Below are positions 7,946-18,500 of a DNA stretch of 41,875 nucleotides, piece after piece (positions within the stretch are counted from its first letter, which is position 1; each line of letters begins with the position of its first letter). The DNA lies in the IMG/VR virus record IMGVR_UViG_3300005239_002148; one strand, written 5' to 3'. The position numbers and the translations under genes were made by a program. This DNA comes from an uncultured virus (IMG/VR IMGVR_UViG_3300005239_002148). Taxonomy: Duplodnaviria; Heunggongvirae; Uroviricota; Caudoviricetes. The notes beneath the pieces are model-generated. The model did not search any database. It saw only the letters and a program-made list of their open reading frames with translations, and was not told the DNA's origin.

Positions 7946-9003
7946 TATGTATCCTCTGCATCGCCAAATGGGTTACCTTCAGAGAAATCTAAGAAGTCTA
8001 CAAAATTTGCATTATCATTAGCATCGAACACATCGTTCTGAGCTGAAAGATAACCAGTATCTTCATTAACAGAAAGAATAGTTCGTATTCTTGGATGCAA
8101 ATAAGTATTCGAATCTACGTTTCTTCCATAAAATACATTATGTGGGAATATTAATTGATCATTAGGTCTTTTATTAATCACAGTTTTACCTACCGTAAAT
8201 CCTATTAATCCATCAGAGTCTGCTTCGGCAAGCGCGCTATCAGTACCTATATGAGTAAGAGAAAGGGTCTTAGCTTGCACGTTATATTCAACTACTTCAC
8301 CAATAATTTTAGGATGTCTTCCGGTAATAGTAAGAAGACCTGAATCGATTTGATATACATTTTCACCGACCCAAAAATCTAAACCACCTTCCATTTGATC
8401 GCTATATCCGCTGTCTGTGTATAAACTACCGTTAGCTTGTCTTGGTACATCAAGACCAAGAATCACATTAGCAGCTTCATTTTCAATGCTGTCAATAACT
8501 TCTAGACCAGTGTCAAGATCTTCACCACTATAGACGAATAGCTCACAACGTAAATTATATGTCGGAACATTATTTAACTGATAAAACGGTTGCTCATGTT
8601 CAACATGCATAATTTCAAACATTGAATTTGAAAGAGGAAGATATAGTACATCACCTTCTCTTGGCCTATCACCAGTAATTGTATTTGAGTTTTGCTCAAC
8701 AGTATGACGCCATCTTCTTCGTGATACTACGAAATTAGCTGCGTCTCGAATTTCAACACCAAACTTTGTAAAGAGATCTCCTTCTCCATCAAATCCCTGC
8801 TGATTCTCAATATACATTTCAATCTTATATGCAGTAGAAAAACGAGAAGGAACATCTTCACCAAAAATTTTATCTTCGTTAACGATTTCACGCGGCATGT
8901 AATAAACATCTTGACCATAGATTTTTAACGATTCTATGATAATATCTTCATATAAATTTTGTTCATTTACCGGTTTATCGGCAAAAAAGAGATTCTTTGC
9001 CAT
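7945..9003 (-). CDS. gp14: Neck protein with C-terminal insertion
   Basis: EQNLYEDIIIESLKIYGQDVYYMPRE, FGED..SRF, GFDGEGDLFTKFGVEIRD, RPREGDVLYLP, VEHEQPFYQL, C-terminal LDFSEGNPFG. 352 aa. Confidence 0.96.
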   Translation of the reverse strand: MAKNLFFADKPVNEQNLYEDIIIESLKIYGQDVYYMPREIVNEDKIFGEDVPSRFSTAYKIEMYIENQQGFDGEGDLFTKFGVEIRDAANFVVSRRRWRHTVEQNSNTITGDRPREGDVLYLPLSNSMFEIMHVEHEQPFYQLNNVPTYNLRCELFVYSGEDLDTGLEVIDSIENEAANVILGLDVPRQANGSLYTDSGYSDQMEGGLDFWVGENVYQIDSGLLTITGRHPKIIGEVVEYNVQAKTLSLTHIGTDSALAEADSDGLIGFTVGKTVINKRPNDQLIFPHNVFYGRNVDSNTYLHPRIRTILSVNEDTGYLSAQNDVFDANDNANFVDFLDFSEGNPFGDAEDT

Positions 9004-9006
9004 AAG

Positions 9007-9771
9007 TTATCCTACAAATAAATCAATGGGTAATTCAAATTCTAGTCTGAGTTTTTCTTCAGCTGCTTGTATTTCAATATTAGCATCATCAAATATCTGT
9101 CTACCATTTAGCATCACTCCGCCTGGAAGAGTCATGCCCTCAAATTTCATAAGGTTTGAACCCCATTGTCTTTTAATAAGAGATGCTGCATATGATTTTA
9201 ACCACAAATCATTGTAAATTGATTTAGTTCCTGATGTTGTTGATGGATCTACAAGAGCATAACATTCGGCTACAAGATAATCACCTTCTTTAATATCTCT
9301 ATCTGAAAAGTCACCAAAAATATGTAATCTATTTTGTCTACGCTGATAAGATACCTGGGGAGTGCCATTTAGCGTCATATTAATAAGATCAAGATATTGT
9401 TTCATCTGTACAAAATAGTCTAAACCACCAGTAAAATTATTTAAATTTACCATGTCATTTAGCATCATTTGATATTTAATATCAAACATTCCTGCACCAG
9501 ATGATGATCCAACTCGAATAGGAAATAAATGAGTTACGAAAATAATATTATCTGGAACTGGAATATATTTATTTGTAACATCAGTTGCAGTAACTAAATG
9601 TTTAAAGTATGTTTTAACAGTAGCATCAGAATGATATTCTTGGTATACTTCAAGAGCTTCATCAATTCTATCATCAATTTGCTCATCAGCAACATTAATA
9701 TCAATTACAGGAGCACCTAGTTTACGTAAACAATATTCCTCTAATTCAGTTCGTGTGGTTACTATAGCCAT
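9007..9771 (-). CDS. gp13: Neck protein (head-tail adaptor)
   Basis: YCLRKLGAPVIDINVADEQIDDRIDEAL, YNDLWLKSYA.SLIKRQWGSNLMKFEGMTLPGGVMLNGRQI, ELPIDLFVG. Confidence 0.97.
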   Translation of the reverse strand: MAIVTTRTELEEYCLRKLGAPVIDINVADEQIDDRIDEALEVYQEYHSDATVKTYFKHLVTATDVTNKYIPVPDNIIFVTHLFPIRVGSSSGAGMFDIKYQMMLNDMVNLNNFTGGLDYFVQMKQYLDLINMTLNGTPQVSYQRRQNRLHIFGDFSDRDIKEGDYLVAECYALVDPSTTSGTKSIYNDLWLKSYAASLIKRQWGSNLMKFEGMTLPGGVMLNGRQIFDDANIEIQAAEEKLRLEFELPIDLFVG

Positions 9772-9801
9772 ATTGACATCCTATTTAAATAGTCTTTGTA
9801 C

Positions 9802-9809
9802 TATTTATA
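9802..9809 (-). promoter_or_regulatory. T4-type late promoter TATAAATA upstream of gp13
   Basis: Exact match, 31 nt upstream of the ATG. AGGA RBS at 9779-9782. Confidence 0.88.
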
Positions 9810-9832
9810 TAGTTTTAAACTACAAAAAATAT

Positions 9833-10192
9833 TTAATACCAACTTTGATCCGGGCCACCACCTTCAGAAATTACTGATGATGGAAATATAGAACCCACTT
9901 TAATTATATTATGTCCTATTAAATCAGGAGTATATTTTCCAGCAGAGTCTGAGAAAAAATCAGAATCACGAGAAACAAATGTTGTATTAAGACTAACATT
10001 ATTTACATTACTACCACCAGCACTATTAATTGTATGACTATCACCGTTTATTTGTAATATCGTATTATTCGCAGAATATGCCCAACTAGAATTTGTATCA
10101 TTAACTTTAATATTAAACCTATCACTAAATGCTTTAACATCTGGTTTTTGACTTACGCTTATTCTAGTGAGTTGATTAACAATAGATGACAT
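9833..10192 (-). CDS. Hypothetical protein, probably virion-associated
   Basis: 119-aa ORF with TAGG RBS-like sequence, tightly packed after the 620-aa gene. No family recognised. Confidence 0.7.
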   Translation of the reverse strand: MSSIVNQLTRISVSQKPDVKAFSDRFNIKVNDTNSSWAYSANNTILQINGDSHTINSAGGSNVNNVSLNTTFVSRDSDFFSDSAGKYTPDLIGHNIIKVGSIFPSSVISEGGGPDQSWY

Positions 10193-10201
10193 TACAATTA
10201 C

Positions 10202-12064
10202 CTATGACAGTTGCACGTTTGTTAATATATCACTTGTACCAGATCCAGTTATAACAATTGCTTGGTTCACATCAGCTGATGTGCTAGTAGTTACCGTTGC
10301 TGTTGCCCCACCGCCACTGAAAGTCATTGAACTTCCTTGAATAGTTAGATTAACACTTACTGCCATTCTAGCTCCATCCATATCATATGCACTAATTCCA
10401 ACAGTAGAATTTATATTTGAACCAGAATAGTTATAAGTGCTTGCAGCAGGTGTTACTGTTACTCTCACTGGAGTTGCATTAGATAGTAAATGAATATTAA
10501 CTGGCACATCATCTTGATCTGCACCAACCGCCCAAATTCTATCTGTTGAATCTCTTCCCACCGCATTAAATGATTCATTAATTGTGGCAGTTAACACCCA
10601 TCCATTAGTATTATCCCAATTATAAATTTTAAATGCATTTTCACTAAAAGTTCCTAATTTAGTTCTAGTATCATTTAACCATATAATTTGGTATATTTGA
10701 GTAGATGATATTACGTTACTATGATATGTTAATGCTGTAGCGTCGGAACCACTTACAGCATAAGTTACAAATGTTCTTTTAGTCGCATCACTAGTAGTTA
10801 CGTCTTTTTGGCCTTGTAAAGGAAATACCGTTAAATACCTATTTCCGCTATTAACAAAGGTTTCATTTATTGCAATTCCTTTAAGCCTGGCTCTATAAGT
10901 CGTAGTTCCATCCATATTATTTAACATTCCACTACTTAAAGTTCCAGTAATAGTTGAACATTGATCTCTGGTAAAAGTATCAGATGTAGTATTCCATTTA
11001 AAACACCAAGGGTGATAATTCATACTAGTATCAAAATATGGTACATAAAATGCTTTATTTCCAGAACTTGCTGGATCATCAAATACGTGACTTGCCATTT
11101 TTGAAATTGTCTCAAATGCAGTTGTTGCTCTTGTTCCACCAGCACTTGTTCCTGTTGCACTAGGTGCAGCAGTAAAAGTATGTAAGTCGGTTATAGTGTT
11201 TGCAGCAACATTATGTTTTGTGATATATTGTTGATGATCATCTGTGCTGAAATTATATAAGTATAGCGGATTTCCATCACTTGCATTACCTATATATTGT
11301 AAAGTATAATAATTCCTACGTGATGCTGTAATGGTTTCTTGATTACTGTAATGATGATCAGAAAACAAGGTTCTTCCAAGCTGGACATATTGATATGCAT
11401 AAGAGTAGCGATAATAACCGTATATTCCAGAAACATAATTTCCGACTTTTACAGTTGACATATAAGGAAACTGAAGATAACTACTGCTGTGATTGGAATA
11501 GTAATAATCATTTGAAGGTGGTGAATCATTTAAATTGTAATTAGAACCTTTATTATACCAACTAACATTACAATAATAGTTTGAACTCCAGCCCTCATTT
11601 CCTAACATTACCACTAATTCATCATTACCATCAACTATTCTACGCATTCTAGCATTTTCAATAGTTTCATCCATACTCATAAATGGGCAAGGGTCCACAT
11701 TTGACCAATAAGAGTCATTATGTCCACCTACGACTGCGCCATAACAAGTTCCTGCTGTCATTTTTGGAAGGAATATTGTAAAACCTCCACCAGCCCTGAA
11801 AGTAGAAGCACTTATTGAAGATTCATTATTGTTTACTATATTTAAAGCAGCATTGGCATAAGCATCCACATGCCAAGCTGTTGCACCAAACGCCATATGT
11901 GGAGAACTGTGGGTCTGTTGTAATACTGCTTCTTCAGCCATTATAGGAGCAAGCGTGTTTATATCATGGGGTTGTTGATACAGATAGATCATAGTACTTC
12001 CTGCATGTGGACTCTCCACTACAGCAAATTTATGTGCTTGGTATCCCTTTTTAATTAGTGCCAT
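10202..12064 (-). CDS. Hypothetical beta-rich virion protein (possible propeller plus C-terminal Ig-like domain)
   Basis: 620 aa with AGGA RBS. Tyr/Ser/Thr/Asn-rich. AVGRDSTDRIWAV is blade-like, and the last ~85 aa (VRVTVTPAAS...AYDMDGAR.AVSVNLTIQG) resemble an Ig-like strand pattern. Confidence 0.75.
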   Translation of the reverse strand: MALIKKGYQAHKFAVVESPHAGSTMIYLYQQPHDINTLAPIMAEEAVLQQTHSSPHMAFGATAWHVDAYANAALNIVNNNESSISASTFRAGGGFTIFLPKMTAGTCYGAVVGGHNDSYWSNVDPCPFMSMDETIENARMRRIVDGNDELVVMLGNEGWSSNYYCNVSWYNKGSNYNLNDSPPSNDYYYSNHSSSYLQFPYMSTVKVGNYVSGIYGYYRYSYAYQYVQLGRTLFSDHHYSNQETITASRRNYYTLQYIGNASDGNPLYLYNFSTDDHQQYITKHNVAANTITDLHTFTAAPSATGTSAGGTRATTAFETISKMASHVFDDPASSGNKAFYVPYFDTSMNYHPWCFKWNTTSDTFTRDQCSTITGTLSSGMLNNMDGTTTYRARLKGIAINETFVNSGNRYLTVFPLQGQKDVTTSDATKRTFVTYAVSGSDATALTYHSNVISSTQIYQIIWLNDTRTKLGTFSENAFKIYNWDNTNGWVLTATINESFNAVGRDSTDRIWAVGADQDDVPVNIHLLSNATPVRVTVTPAASTYNYSGSNINSTVGISAYDMDGARMAVSVNLTIQGSSMTFSGGGATATVTTSTSADVNQAIVITGSGTSDILTNVQLS

Positions 12065-12078
12065 ATCTTTATCCTACT

Positions 12079-12306
12079 TTATGCTTGAAGTTTATACCAT
12101 TCAATTGCTTCATTTATATCTACCCAATCGCTTCTACTTCCATCTGGATTTGTTTTCCAAGGTTGAGTTAGACAGGGTTTTGTTGTACCATCCACAGTTT
12201 CTGAAATTTCCAATGTTGTTCCATTAAGAGCCGCATCAAAGGTGCGAGTTATTGTTATCGCATTATTACTATCATCAAAATCTTCATATGTTTTTGTAAA
12301 TTGCAT
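12079..12306 (-). CDS. Small hypothetical late protein
   Basis: 75 aa, GGAG RBS, directly downstream of a late promoter. Confidence 0.75.
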   Translation of the reverse strand: MQFTKTYEDFDDSNNAITITRTFDAALNGTTLEISETVDGTTKPCLTQPWKTNPDGSRSDWVDINEAIEWYKLQA

Positions 12307-12323
12307 TTCAACTCCGTTTATTC

Positions 12324-12331
12324 TATTTATA
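12324..12331 (-). promoter_or_regulatory. T4-type late promoter TATAAATA
   Basis: Exact match in the 30-nt intergenic gap upstream of ORF 12079..12306. Confidence 0.85.
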
Positions 12332-12336
12332 AATGT

Positions 12337-12918
12337 TTATGTTTGTTTATAGACAAATTGCGTATATAAATCCGCGCCTGCGGTTCCACTACCAATACTT
12401 GTAATATCGACTGTAAGATAATCACCAGTACTTAAATTTATTGTTTGATCAGCAATTGATGCAGTTGCAGATCCAGCTGCAAAAGTCCAAGTTGTTTCAG
12501 CTGAATCATTTATATTAACTCTGATTCCTACGGATGAACCTGTAGGTGCTGTACCTAATCTAGATGTAATACCACTAATTTGTGCATTAAATGGCGAATA
12601 CCATCTTTGGGTTCCGGTTAAAAGTTTTAAGTCTCCTGATTGATTCAAAGTGATATTATATGGAGTATCTCCTTTAACTTTATTTGTTAAGTCATTACCA
12701 ACAATAACAGAATCATTGCCAACTTTTGACCCAGTAGGAATAACGATACCAGTACCATCCGAACTTAAACTCGCATCACCTAAGTGCAAAGTATTAGGGC
12801 TTAAGTAGAGAGATCTAAATTTTTTTGAAGGCGATCCTAAATCATACGCAGAATCTGCATCTGGAATTAATGATCCATGCAGTGTTAAATTAGCTAATAA
12901 CCTACCTCTAGTTGACAT
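12337..12918 (-). CDS. Short fibre-like virion protein
   Basis: GSLIPDADSAYDLGSPSKKFRSLYLSPNTLHLG is a fibre motif also present in the giant fibre (ILPAGDKLFDLGSSTAAWRDLYLSGSTIHLG). C-terminal beta domain ends GDYLTVDITSIGSGTAGADL. Confidence 0.75.
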   Translation of the reverse strand: MSTRGRLLANLTLHGSLIPDADSAYDLGSPSKKFRSLYLSPNTLHLGDASLSSDGTGIVIPTGSKVGNDSVIVGNDLTNKVKGDTPYNITLNQSGDLKLLTGTQRWYSPFNAQISGITSRLGTAPTGSSVGIRVNINDSAETTWTFAAGSATASIADQTINLSTGDYLTVDITSIGSGTAGADLYTQFVYKQT

Positions 12919-12948
12919 ACTTTAAATCCTATTTTACTTAGTTAACTC

Positions 12949-12956
12949 TATTTATA
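12949..12956 (-). promoter_or_regulatory. T4-type late promoter TATAAATA overlapping the upstream stop codon
   Basis: Exact match. Its TAA is the stop of ORF 12952..14439, and it lies 31 nt upstream of the ATG at 12918. Confidence 0.85.
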
Positions 12957-14439
12957 CACTTTTAATACTATAATTATTTTTAACACCAAAGCTTTGAACT
13001 GAACTTGTTGCAGTAGAAGATAAATCGGATCTTCCAGTAGTAATTAATTCAGAACCATTACCGTTCCAATCAACACCAAATGCTGCTGCTTCAGATGGAG
13101 AGGCAAGAGTTAAAATAGCAGAATCTAATACACTACTATTAAGTATATTATGATTAATATCTATTTCACGTATTTTATTTTCACTAGAAAAATTTAAAGT
13201 GTTATTTCTTAAATTTAGGGCTGATATACCAACAATCCCTAAAGAGTCTTCTTCCCACATACTATCAAGAGACATGCTAGAAACACCAGCATTAGCATTG
13301 AAGCTATACTTGTGTATTTCAAATCCAAAATTTGCGCCGATGTAAAATTTAGAACGATCGCTATCGATTGCTAAACCACTTGCTCCAATAATATACCCAC
13401 CAGTTCCTACATTTAATGTTTTAATTTTATTCGTATGTTCTCTTACAGCAGTTGAGGGATCATTTAATGTTGTCATCTTCCACTGGTTAATTGTTCCACT
13501 ATCGTCATGAACTAATATTTTGTCGTCAACGATATTAACCCCCAAAATAGAATTTGAAGAATCCATACTTACATTAGAATCAGATTGTATGAGACTGGAT
13601 ACTAAATTAAATTGATTCAATTGAACTGTATGTAAATACTTATCTCCGGATACTATCATTTTATTTGAGTCTATAATATTAATAGTATTAAATGTTCCAA
13701 GATCTTGTCCAATTTTAGATGTAGAAGAACCTAAAGAATTTAATTCTATTTTTAAATCCCATCCTCCATCACTAATTTCTTTACTTAAAGATGTAATAGG
13801 TTGAGTTAACTGTGATATATTAAATAAATCAGAATCAGTTGTTATGTTTAAATTATATTGATAAATTTGATTTAGTTTTTTATTTAATACATAAAATTTA
13901 TTTCCATCTGGATTAAATCTTATAGACTCTGGTCCGTGAGGTCTTCTAGTTGCAAATCCATCTGGCTGTGATATATCTAATCCAAAATCAGGACTTGGAT
14001 CTTCTATGGATAGACTGTTCATTTTAGTGCCTATTTCATGTGTTGCAGAATCAAATGCAACTGCAGTACTAACATCCCACGGTGATGTTAGAGTATATTG
14101 TCTAAATTTTCCATCCATTGCTGCTATAGCTTCACCGGTATACATTTTAGTTCCATCATAATTAAAACACATAGATTGAGGCAAACCATAATGTTCAAAT
14201 GTAGCTATGTAGGTACGTCCGGAATAATTAAAGATACTTCTTATACGTGCGCCGGCTTGAGCTTTGCTAGCTATCCCAGCAGAACTCAACATCACTTCAT
14301 CTTCGGCAAACGTATGTGTGTAAAATCCTGTTTCAAAAGATTTTGTTATAGCATTTGAGTCAACTGATAGCGTATGTATTTGACCAGAATCGTATAAAGT
14401 ATATCTTTTGATTGTACCAGCATTAACAGATTTAGGCAT
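12952..14439 (-). CDS. Beta-propeller repeat virion protein, C-terminal part of a probably frameshift-split gene 12952..15501
   Basis: Blade repeats PQSMCFNYDGTKMY...RQYTLTSPWDVSTA, PESIRFNPDGNKFYVL...IYQYNL, INQWKMTTLNDPSTA, GVDWNGNGSELI. Confidence 0.75.
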   Translation of the reverse strand: MPKSVNAGTIKRYTLYDSGQIHTLSVDSNAITKSFETGFYTHTFAEDEVMLSSAGIASKAQAGARIRSIFNYSGRTYIATFEHYGLPQSMCFNYDGTKMYTGEAIAAMDGKFRQYTLTSPWDVSTAVAFDSATHEIGTKMNSLSIEDPSPDFGLDISQPDGFATRRPHGPESIRFNPDGNKFYVLNKKLNQIYQYNLNITTDSDLFNISQLTQPITSLSKEISDGGWDLKIELNSLGSSTSKIGQDLGTFNTINIIDSNKMIVSGDKYLHTVQLNQFNLVSSLIQSDSNVSMDSSNSILGVNIVDDKILVHDDSGTINQWKMTTLNDPSTAVREHTNKIKTLNVGTGGYIIGASGLAIDSDRSKFYIGANFGFEIHKYSFNANAGVSSMSLDSMWEEDSLGIVGISALNLRNNTLNFSSENKIREIDINHNILNSSVLDSAILTLASPSEAAAFGVDWNGNGSELITTGRSDLSSTATSSVQSFGVKNNYSIKSV

Positions 14440-14754
14440 ACCTCGATCACCTTCGAAGCTATTAGTCGTTCCATTAGCTCAAGAGATATGACTGGTGTTT
14501 CTAATGTATAATAATACTTTCCATCAGACTTACGTAAGTATCTTCATATTTTTAACTCAGTGGTGTTAGTTTAAAATGTCTTTCTATAGCAGTGTGTATA
14601 TCCCATGGTGTAGTACCATATTCTGCTATTGATTATGTTTGTCTAAATAAAAATCTATAACCAGTATTTTAAATTAATGCCGATGATTTCAGCATCCAGC
14701 TATCATCTTTAATTTAATGTTTTTCTGTGTATATCAATTCTCTAAAGAATATGA

Positions 14755-15501
14755 TTAGTCATTGGATAAGATAATAGCTATTTTGATTATCATCCAATAA
14801 AAAGATAATGACCCAGCAGAACTTCCTGTTGCAATTTGCATATCAACATATTGATCAGTAGTTCTTGGCGCATCTTTAATTTCTAAAAATTGTACATCTG
14901 GAACTGTAAATGTAGAAAGCTCTATGGCTTTATCATGATTAAAACCAGAAATGCTTGTTTGTTCCCAATTATAAAAATATTGTATTTCAAGTTTATCTAT
15001 AAAATTACTTCTTAATCCTAATGAATCTGCGGTAAATGCACTATCAAAAAGTGGTAAAAAATTAATTTCTTTAAATCTAGGAGCTGAATCTACTCCAGAC
15101 ACATTAATTACACCATTAAATACAATTTGATTCGATAATGAAGTATCACCAAGATTTTTTTTCGGCACCAAATCAAAACTTGGAGAAGTTCCACTAATAT
15201 CTACTATAACATTAGCTGGATCATCTATAATAGTAGGCGTCCAAGTAATAGTATTTCCGTCGCTATCAACACCAATCAAATTTATTCCAGATGACATTGA
15301 TCTTTTTAAAGCATCAAAATTTGAATCATAACCAAAATTTAAACCATTAGGTCCTACACTACTACTTATATGCTGTGGATTAATTATCCCCACTGAAACC
15401 CAGCTATTAGATAATTTGTTATATTGATAAATTTGTTTTTCTTTTTTCGAAAAAACTATTCCATTATTTTCTTTTACTTTTGCTATATCGATGATACTCA
15501 T
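14755..15501 (-). CDS. N-terminal part of the same probable beta-propeller virion gene
   Basis: ATGA overlap with the upstream gene. GVDSDGNTITW module. The C-terminal WMIIKIAIILSND looks out of frame, and coding remnants continue through 14440-14754. Confidence 0.65.
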   Translation of the reverse strand: MSIIDIAKVKENNGIVFSKKEKQIYQYNKLSNSWVSVGIINPQHISSSVGPNGLNFGYDSNFDALKRSMSSGINLIGVDSDGNTITWTPTIIDDPANVIVDISGTSPSFDLVPKKNLGDTSLSNQIVFNGVINVSGVDSAPRFKEINFLPLFDSAFTADSLGLRSNFIDKLEIQYFYNWEQTSISGFNHDKAIELSTFTVPDVQFLEIKDAPRTTDQYVDMQIATGSSAGSLSFYWMIIKIAIILSND

Positions 15502-18500
15502 AATAGATCTCCAAAACTGTCTGCAATACCAAAGAATACGCCGCCTTCTTCATAAGAGTCAAAACCACTAATTCCTTCTGCAACAAATCCCCCTTGATCT
15601 ATTTGATCCATAGTCATAAGTCTTAATATCGATTCGTTTAAACTTATTATTTGAAAATCATTTCTATTATATGCAGTATTGATTATTATTTTTTCACCTG
15701 CCATTTTTGTGCCGAAAGTATCTACATATAATACTGGCATTTCACCTGTACTTTTATTCTTTCCAGTAATAGTTGAAAATGCGTTTATAGGTCTAGAGGC
15801 AAATGAATCAGTCGAGCTAAAATAATCATTAAAATAAAAATTAGTATAATCGGTTGTGCTATCTCGAATAGTTTCAACTATTGGTTCAAAAAGTTGTGAA
15901 GTTTGTATTTGCCAATCAATTCGTTGTTGATCATCATCTTTGTTATACATACCGAGCTTTAATTGTAAACCCGGTATATATCCAATTTCTCCAGATTCTT
16001 TTAGCTCTTCCCAGCTTGGATAATCGCTATCAGATCTTGTAATATGTAAATAACCATATGAGTCATCTGGTACATCTAAACCAAAACCATCTAATGGATT
16101 ATCAGTTTTAGACACTACACCAGCAGCATTAAAATCTATATTATTTTTATTAATAACCCCAATCTTAAACCAGTCTATTGTTGAACCCCCATCACCAAAT
16201 GGGCTCCAGTCAATCCCTCTTACTATATCACCTGTAGTAGTATCTTTTTTTATCTTACTAGTAGGATTAAAAATAGTCACACCTGAACTTGGTATAACAC
16301 CTGGTATATTTATAGAAGTATTAAAAGCAAATGTATTACCTACTGCTGTGATTTGATCAGTAATAGGTAGATCGAAACTATCACCAGTAAATTGTATTCC
16401 GGTTTGTATTCTAAAATCTTTTATATTACCTTGATATGTTCTAAATAAATTAGGTTCATTTCCGGCTATTTTAGGTACACTATTAAACGGTCGGCCTTTA
16501 ACTTGATTTCCGGCTCCAATAAATAATCTAGAATTTTTTATTGGAATGTGTGTGGTCATAAATGGTCCATATGGAGCTCGGCCATTAACACTGTCAAATT
16601 GCACACCGTCTTTCCATAATCTTATTTTATCTTGCTCAACCACTATTGCATTATGACACCATTTTGCTCCTGCTCCATATGCCATTGAAGTAGAATCTTG
16701 AGCATGAATCGTCAGCAATTCGCGCTGATCTACAGTATAATTATAGTTTACATTTCTAGCTACAACTATCTGACCTAATGTGTCAAAAGAAAGTAATGGC
16801 CCACCTTTAAATTCTCCTCCACCTTTTGCTTGGATTCCACCCATTATTTGTAATGAAGAATCCTTTGAAGCGATACCAGATAAATCATTATTCCAGTTAT
16901 TAATATGAAAAGAGGCATAACTATCATCTGGAAGTCCAATTTCTGAGCCACTATTAGGAGATCTAATATATGAATAAACTACATATGAATCAAGTTGTTG
17001 ATGAAAATTAATTCCTGAATTCACTACATTCCAACCACCAGCTTTACCACTAGAAATTCTATTATCAGCAATATCATTAAATAAATAAAAATCTTTCATA
17101 TGGCCTTTAAATGGCGACGTTACAAAATTTGAATCATTAATTGAACTAAAATCATTAGTATTCCACCAAGGTTCTAGCTCGGTATGGTCAAATTTTGGCT
17201 GATCTACACCATCAAGAATCTGATTAGAAATGCCGCTTCCCTTAGAAAATATTGGATCTATAACTTTAGCGTTCGCATATGGTTTGCCAGTATAATAATC
17301 TTCTTCATCTTTTACATTCTTATAGTTTGAAAACACACATTTTTCAAATACATTTTGAGTACCCGGTTTAAACTTGTTATTTATTAAAGCCCATGACCAA
17401 CTGAAAAGATCTGCACCAGAAAAATCGAAATGTACTTTATATGCCTTTGCTCCAGTTGAAGCATAACATAATGCTGTTTCACCAGCGGCTTCATTTTTCT
17501 TTGTCTGTATAAATTTCTTAAATGTTAAAAATGCTAATTCTGTATTTTCGTCTTGATTTGGACCAAATATAGGAGAAATTCCATCATAATTATTTCCACT
17601 CGCTACATAATTAATATGCACAGCCGCAATATCATTAGTATTACCACATATCATAATATTTTTTACACCAAATGGCGTAGATAAACGTTCTATACCATTT
17701 GGTATAGTTGCGTCAGGCACACTAGTGGTAATACCAAAAGCTCCACCTGGAGAAGCAGTAATGCTATAATTACCTGGTTCCAATAATAAACAATTACCAT
17801 CAGCTAAACCTGATATAATAGAAGTTATATCTCCAGTAGTAGAATGATTTACTATACTTCCACCAGTTCTTAAAATATATGCCCTAGCTTTATTAATTCC
17901 GTGATCAGTTCCTTTATGTGTTGCTACTCTTCCAGCCCAACTAGCTCGAGCATTTTTATATTCATCAGTTTCACCTGTTAAATTAGTAATTGTTCCTGTA
18001 CTAATAGCTGGATTATATGCTTCTTTATAGTATATTAAGTGATCAGCTAGTGGCCAAGAAAATTTACCAGTTCCCCATATGCTATTTTTTAAATAAAAAT
18101 CTCTTACATTTGTATTGGGCGCCACGCTATGATCTATGAATGGATTAATATCATTAGGATTTGTATTACCAGTAGTAGAATTAAATATTCCATCATTGAC
18201 AAAAGCTGGGGTGCCAGTAGCTGTTCTCGCTGCATTAATTAATTTAGCTGGATCATAAACCCAATCCTTTGCTAAAAGTGCAACCTTTGCTTCATATCTT
18301 TCTCCTTCAGTTGCAAGAAAATTTACATATCCTTTTGGAGTAGGGTTTCCACTTGAACTTTTATATCCACCACTATATGATATTGGTGGATCAAACACTA
18401 CTGCAGGATCTGGATGATAGCTAGTACCAATTTTACCTTGAATGGCGCTTGTAAGACTACCAATAGGATTTATATGATAAGTTGAATTAAACCATAGATT

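Noticed and set aside
9781..9822. Short palindromes around the gp13 promoter (CTATTTAAATAG, TAGTTTTAAACTA) as operators
   Set aside because: They are almost all A/T and likely to arise by chance in this composition. There is no supporting evidence.
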